From Promethearchaeia archaeon (GTDB lineage Archaea; Asgardarchaeota; Lokiarchaeia; Sigyniarchaeales; SOKP01): a DNA stretch of 64,000 bases. The stretch is taken from assembly GCA_029856045.1 (NCBI GenBank), contig JAHQWG010000050.1, positions 29,471 through 93,470 of the forward strand, read 5' to 3'. Shown here in pieces: positions 60,001-64,000 of this stretch (within the stretch, counting starts at the first letter, position 1; every line of letters begins with the position of its first letter). The notes beneath the pieces were generated by a model. That model worked only from the letters and a program-made list of their open reading frames with translations, was not told the origin of the DNA and made no database searches. The position numbers were made by a program, and so were the translations under genes.

Positions 60001-61900
60001 AAATAATGTATCTAATGCGGAATTAATTAATAATAATTGTTCGGATAATAATGGAGTAGGAATATTTTTAATTGATAGTAATAGCAATACTATTTCGGGA
60101 AATATTATAAACAATAATTTATTGAACGGAGGAATTTATTTAGAGCAATCTAATAACAACCTCATTTCAGAAAACATAATAGATAGTAATGCAGGAGGTG
60201 GAATATATATACACTATAGTAACAATAATACTATTTCGGGAAATCACATAGTTAATAATTATTATTGTCACGGTGGTATTCGTTTAGAAAATTGTCAATT
60301 TAGTGAAATTTCAGAAAATTTTATATTTAATAACAATAATGGTGGAATATCTTTATATATAAGCAGCTACAATGAGCTATATGGTAATATCGTTAATCAT
60401 AACCAACCAGGAGAAGGAATACTTTTAGAGGGAAACAGTAATCACAATATAATATTAGACAATATAATCGACAACAATAATATGGGTATTTACCTTGATA
60501 CTAGCTTTTTTAATGTTATTGAAGGAAATATTATCATCAATACTGAAGGGAATGAAGCAATTGGCATATATGATAGTCATAATAACATAATTTCGGGTAA
60601 TATGGTTAATTTCAATTTTGGTGATGGGATAGTATTAGATATTGCTAACTACAATGAAATCTCAGGAAACATAATCACAAATAATGGCGGATCTGGACTT
60701 TCCATCTATGATGGAGACAATAATACTATAACAGGAAATATGCTCATTAATAATACTGAAATTGGTATCTTATGTGATGAGCAAAGTGTTCAAAATGTTA
60801 TATTCAATAACATTGTGGATAATAATTTAGGTGGAAATGCATTTGATGATGGAGTAGAATATGGATTAAAGAATTTCTGGGATAACGGAACTATTGGTAA
60901 TTATTGGGATGATTATGATGGTATTGATGCAAATGACGATGGTATAGGTGATACGCCATATAATATTCCTGGAACAGCAGGAAGTGTAGATAATTTTCCA
61001 ATTTGGGATGATGGCATTGATATTATTATACCCTCAGAAATTCTTGAAGACCTAATAACTATTCTGGAGAACCTTGAGGTACCAGAGGAAGCAGAATGTG
61101 ATATAAATATTGCTATAAGAAGATTAAACAGGGCAATAATTAAATTTGAGAAGGGTAAATTCTATGATGCTTTTAATAAAATCCAAGAAGCAGTGGAACA
61201 CTTAATGTACGCTCAAGATCTTGGTGCTGATACTCAAGAAATAATTGACTCACTCATTAATCTGGTACAAGGCATAGTGGATCAAGCATTAGAAGATGCA
61301 ATTAATATGGTAGGAGAGGATAACTACCATATTATTGTAGCACAAGAGAAATATAATTTAGCACTTCAAAAGTTAGCAAATGGAAAATACGACAAGGCAG
61401 TAAGATATTTCAAAAGAGCGTATAAAAATGCTATGAAAGCACGTTGTGAGTGGATACCTGAATCGTATTTAGATGATCTTCTGGATCGATTAGCCGAGAT
61501 CCAAGAGTTAAAAACAGGAGATATCTCAGATGATGCAATGGCCAGCCTTAATAATGCTGAAAGTAAATTGATAATTGCTATAGAAAAGGCAAATGCGAGC
61601 AATCTTGAAGGTTCATTTTATAGACTCGAAGATGTGATTTATTTCTTGTTAGAAGCAGAAGGATATGGTGTAAACACTTCAGACATAATTGAATCGATTA
61701 TGAACAATATAAAAGATGTTGTATATCTCAAGATCGTTGATGCAGAATTTGCATTAATGAACGCAATCAGCAATCCTATCGAAAATGCTTGGAATCATTA
61801 CAATGAAGCTCAAGAATTATGGAATGAGGGTAATTATGGAAATGCTATCAATCATTATGTAATAGCTATTGAGAAAGTAAAAGATGCACTATTACCATAA
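57032..61900 (+). CDS. large surface protein: signal/TM, family-5 solute-binding domain, three Ig-like repeats, NosD-like beta-helix and helical C-terminus
   Basis: LDPH, FHDGT.FNA..V.WNFDR, GTGPF; ANDTSNN repeats; NNxISGN repeats; GNYWDDY.G.D..DDGIGDTPY. Confidence 0.88.
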   Translation: MKKIINRNYKLITLGAILLFLACAFLVIIPNNVKLTDTSNIVINDEQILTADEDTFLIYGKCYGPGELDPHNAWDTGSFDVIDQVVETLLAYNLSDPELSIIPRLASSMGTWSPDNLNYMITLGSGVMFHDGTIFNATAVRWNFDRLAYFMNVSGTLPEETRICSIDELYRWNDGTPIINRTEIINANTINFVLNRPFGAFEALLCFTGSGIMSPNSTPTTEYIDFATGDLIGTGPFVYDEYIPNIELNFHAFENYWAGVVNITYLKFSIITDANKRNQALLSGEIDILDEPLPSFLDIFEIDPNIIVKSSPSTIMRYLGMNNKQINKTKRQAISYAINYSYIIDVILDSPAARLKSPIPNGIRYANDSFNVATLNLTKARNLMQGMGFGIGFNISDDAEWITVAEGLTPFETYNYTYNIGNRVREEIFVLLQDNLKKIGIEVTDAGMSWPYFLFRCFEFGGFHRDMLQLYFLHWMPDYNDPSNYINTMMTNRTVAGNGCQINDYYLQDLMEKGLQETNPVIRKGMYEEIQRYCVEDLMPWAFGYVAFNYAVYNINITGYQPNPMGKVWFYGVSGGRLEPFIDNIDPIIEITYSNSNTTYGNGSIYIEANVTDDVQLQLPVYIGFYYPNGTLLSMENMIWGGGDTYNFNWSVNFYPVDSLYYFTIYANDTSNNMAFKTRYFSITGPIQDTTNPAITITYYDEEAEYGTDNISVTANIIDNIMIQEPVVIKFYNPNGTLLSMDCMIWVGGDTYYFNWNVNSYPVDNLYYFTIYANDTSNNMASETRYFSITGPIQDTTNPVITITYYDEEAEYGTDNISVTANIIDNIMIQEPVVIKFYNPNGTLLSMDCMIWVGGDTYYFNWNVNSYPVDNLYYFTIYANDTSNNMASETRYFNISEIIPSPTFWVLSPFIINDDGTGDYTWMEVANEEWCSGSGTWNDPYIIKNLIINGNGESSCIEIKNSNVYFQIENCTVYNSWGGSWPNFGAGIKLNNVSNAELINNNCSDNNGVGIFLIDSNSNTISGNIINNNLLNGGIYLEQSNNNLISENIIDSNAGGGIYIHYSNNNTISGNHIVNNYYCHGGIRLENCQFSEISENFIFNNNNGGISLYISSYNELYGNIVNHNQPGEGILLEGNSNHNIILDNIIDNNNMGIYLDTSFFNVIEGNIIINTEGNEAIGIYDSHNNIISGNMVNFNFGDGIVLDIANYNEISGNIITNNGGSGLSIYDGDNNTITGNMLINNTEIGILCDEQSVQNVIFNNIVDNNLGGNAFDDGVEYGLKNFWDNGTIGNYWDDYDGIDANDDGIGDTPYNIPGTAGSVDNFPIWDDGIDIIIPSEILEDLITILENLEVPEEAECDINIAIRRLNRAIIKFEKGKFYDAFNKIQEAVEHLMYAQDLGADTQEIIDSLINLVQGIVDQALEDAINMVGEDNYHIIVAQEKYNLALQKLANGKYDKAVRYFKRAYKNAMKARCEWIPESYLDDLLDRLAEIQELKTGDISDDAMASLNNAESKLIIAIEKANASNLEGSFYRLEDVIYFLLEAEGYGVNTSDIIESIMNNIKDVVYLKIVDAEFALMNAISNPIENAWNHYNEAQELWNEGNYGNAINHYVIAIEKVKDALLP
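58770..59711 (+). repeat. intragenic tandem repeat, 3 x 318 bp (106 aa)
   Basis: tttcagcataactggtccc occurs at 59071 and 59389; copies 2 and 3 are nearly identical. Confidence 0.92.
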
Positions 61901-62032
61901 TTAGTAAAAACATAAAACAATAAAAATTTCAATTTTTTTTTTTTTTTTTTTAATTTTTTCCATTTTAAACTCTTATTTAATAATGATAATAGAAGAAATT
62001 ATATTATTTTAAACACTTTTAAAGATATTTTT

Positions 62033-62596
62033 ATGCCTTTTATTGAAATTAAGTTTAATGATATTGTTTTCGATCCGAAGGTTCAAACATATTGTGTTAA
62101 TCCGAACTTTAAATGCCCAAATTATCATCATAATTGGTCTTGTCCCCCAGTGGCGCCCTATTTAGAAGAAGAAATCTCATGCTTTCAAAAATTTTTTCTA
62201 ACATACTTTCAATTTGATTTAAAATCCTATATAAGAGAAACTCGATCAAAACACCCCAATTGGAGTGAAGAGAGAATAAGAAACAGAGTATTTTCCAAAG
62301 AAATCACACGAAAAGGGCTTGATATAGAAATAAATCAATTTTTAGAAATGAGTCAAGAACCTTTCCAAGAAAAAATAATTTTGGTTGGAGGTCACTGTCA
62401 AATTTGTCATGATCGGCGAGATGGGGATTGTACATATGATAGTGGAGAACCATGTCGTTATCCGGATGAAATGAGATATTCGATGGAGGCGGTAGGGATT
62501 AATGTGGATAAAACGGTAAAATCCTTAAATTTTAAGTTAGAATGGCCTCCAAAACGTTGGATATATCGATTTGGATTAATTTGTTTTAGAAAATAA
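62033..62596 (+). CDS. DUF2284 family metal-binding protein
   Basis: CPNY..NWSCPP, C..C, CRYP...RYSMEAVGINV motifs. Confidence 0.85.
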   Translation: MPFIEIKFNDIVFDPKVQTYCVNPNFKCPNYHHNWSCPPVAPYLEEEISCFQKFFLTYFQFDLKSYIRETRSKHPNWSEERIRNRVFSKEITRKGLDIEINQFLEMSQEPFQEKIILVGGHCQICHDRRDGDCTYDSGEPCRYPDEMRYSMEAVGINVDKTVKSLNFKLEWPPKRWIYRFGLICFRK

Positions 62597-62612
62597 AAAC
62601 AAAACGAAAATT

Positions 62613-63470
62613 TTATTTGGGGTGTCCTAAAGAGCAAATTTTTAGACAAATTGAGCAGTAGTTATCATCTATTAATCTTTCTATACATTCTGAGCGATCT
62701 ATGCGCGATATTACTCCAGAACCTTTGACTTTTTCAACAGGTTCTTCCAATGCAGCTTTACAACTCTTAACGCAAGCCTCACAATTACTACAGAACTCTT
62801 CCAATTCACTAAAGTCTCTTTTTTTTCTATTCAGTGGAATATCAGCGTCAGTTGTTATTATTCCAATACGTTGTCTTGGACCAAATTCAGGGGTAATAAG
62901 CAATCCAAGTTTTCCTATTATTCCAATATTTGCAACCACAGCGTGGTAAGGAAATAATAATTTTCCACCGAAAGGATGGTGTGCTTCAGCCTTATAGCCT
63001 TGTTCTTGTAAGTATTTGGTTAATTCGATAACTGCATCCCCTAATTCTTTATAGACTCTAAAGGCTTCCATAGCACAAAAATAACTCGGGGCAGTCTTAA
63101 TTTTTTCCCAGTCTAGCTCCATACAAAGAACAATGGCATTTTTTCCATAGATGGTGAGGTTTTTAAAGATGTAGTTTTCATTAACTGGTGTGTAGCCAAT
63201 AAGGTCTGCACCTAATTCTTTAGCTTTACTTTCAAATCTTTCCCAAAATTCTGGCGTTGTTTCTGTTTTAGTTTTGTTTTTATTTCCATATTTTGTTTTA
63301 AATGCTTTATCAAATCCTATAATCGTCTTTCTCATATATTTACTAAATAGTTTTAGATCTTCTGGTGGAATATCTCCTTTTAATATCATCTGAAAGAGTT
63401 TTTTAGGAATTATAAACTCACAGCCATCGTTGTGACCAATATAAGTAGGTTCAATTTTTTCACTTTGCAA
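62613..63470 (-). CDS. epoxyqueuosine reductase/reductive dehalogenase-like 4Fe-4S protein
   Basis: AKELGADLIG, GLLITPEFGPRQR, CSNCEACVKSC and CSICLKIC; TTG at 63470 behind an SD-like AGGTG preferred as start. Confidence 0.8.
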   Translation of the reverse strand: MQSEKIEPTYIGHNDGCEFIIPKKLFQMILKGDIPPEDLKLFSKYMRKTIIGFDKAFKTKYGNKNKTKTETTPEFWERFESKAKELGADLIGYTPVNENYIFKNLTIYGKNAIVLCMELDWEKIKTAPSYFCAMEAFRVYKELGDAVIELTKYLQEQGYKAEAHHPFGGKLLFPYHAVVANIGIIGKLGLLITPEFGPRQRIGIITTDADIPLNRKKRDFSELEEFCSNCEACVKSCKAALEEPVEKVKGSGVISRIDRSECIERLIDDNYCSICLKICSLGHPK

Positions 63471-63681
63471 TTTATTAACACCTTCCTTAAATATATAAGA
63501 ACATATGTAAAATATTAAAAATATTTTGCAAAATCTCACCTTAAAAAAGCTTTAAAGGTAATTAATTTTTAAAAAAGAATATAGATAAAAAGTAAATAAT
63601 TCTATCATAGGTGCATAATAAAGTCTTTCTACAAAACAAGAACACAAATTATAAATTTAGACAAAGTTAATTTTAGGATAT

Positions 63682-64000
63682 ATGACACTTAAATTAAATC
63701 TTAAGAATGGCACGATTGAAACAACTATGCTTGGTCCTTTATGGGCTCGAGCAACTTACAGTGAAAAATACCCAGATTTGCTTAATGACCCTAAAGCATC
63801 TCAAATTATTAAAAAGCTTGATTATGATTTCTCTGAAGTTCAAGAATTTTTAGATGAATGGCGAGGACTTGGGCTTTTAGTTAGAGCCAGGAGTTTTGAT
63901 AATGCTCTAAAAAAGTATATGGAGAAAAATCCGAATACCACTGTAGTTAATATTGGAGCCGGATTAGATACAACCTTTTACCGTGTTGATAATGGTAAGA
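63682..64000 (+). CDS. class I SAM methyltransferase (leucine carboxyl methyltransferase/TcmP-like), runs off the right edge
   Basis: Read manually: ETTMLGPLWARA...DPKA...VVNIGAGLDTTFYRVDNG. Confidence 0.85.
   Translation, partial: MTLKLNLKNGTIETTMLGPLWARATYSEKYPDLLNDPKASQIIKKLDYDFSEVQEFLDEWRGLGLLVRARSFDNALKKYMEKNPNTTVVNIGAGLDTTFYRVDNGK

Overview
AT-rich archaeal chromosomal segment, most likely from a Lokiarchaeota-type Asgard archaeon. That assignment is inferred from eL22, TFS, form III RuBisCO with ribose-1,5-bisphosphate isomerase, tetraether lipid synthase, a longin-like protein, and an archaeosortase with an IPGF-TM-basic substrate. Most genes are metabolic, transport or repair genes. 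I found no rRNA, tRNA, CRISPR array, integrase or transposase. Top finding: an unannotated, apparently leaderless 22-codon poly-cysteine uORF (MRFRQQNQPNSYFCNCCRDCCC, 21618-21686) 102 nt upstream of a cysteine synthase gene, with an anti-SD and competing pairings in the leader. It is a candidate cysteine-sensing ribosomal attenuator in an archaeon. Other notable items: cargo islands bounded by displaced 3' gene copies (rbcL, R15Pi, MFS); an ATP-grasp/methyltransferase island with a 42-aa acidic peptide; a protein of 35-aa repeats with nebulin-like periodicity; several GC-rich structured intergenic elements; a heliorhodopsin near a uvsE gene broken by a single stop codon. All family assignments come from motif recognition by eye, not database searches.
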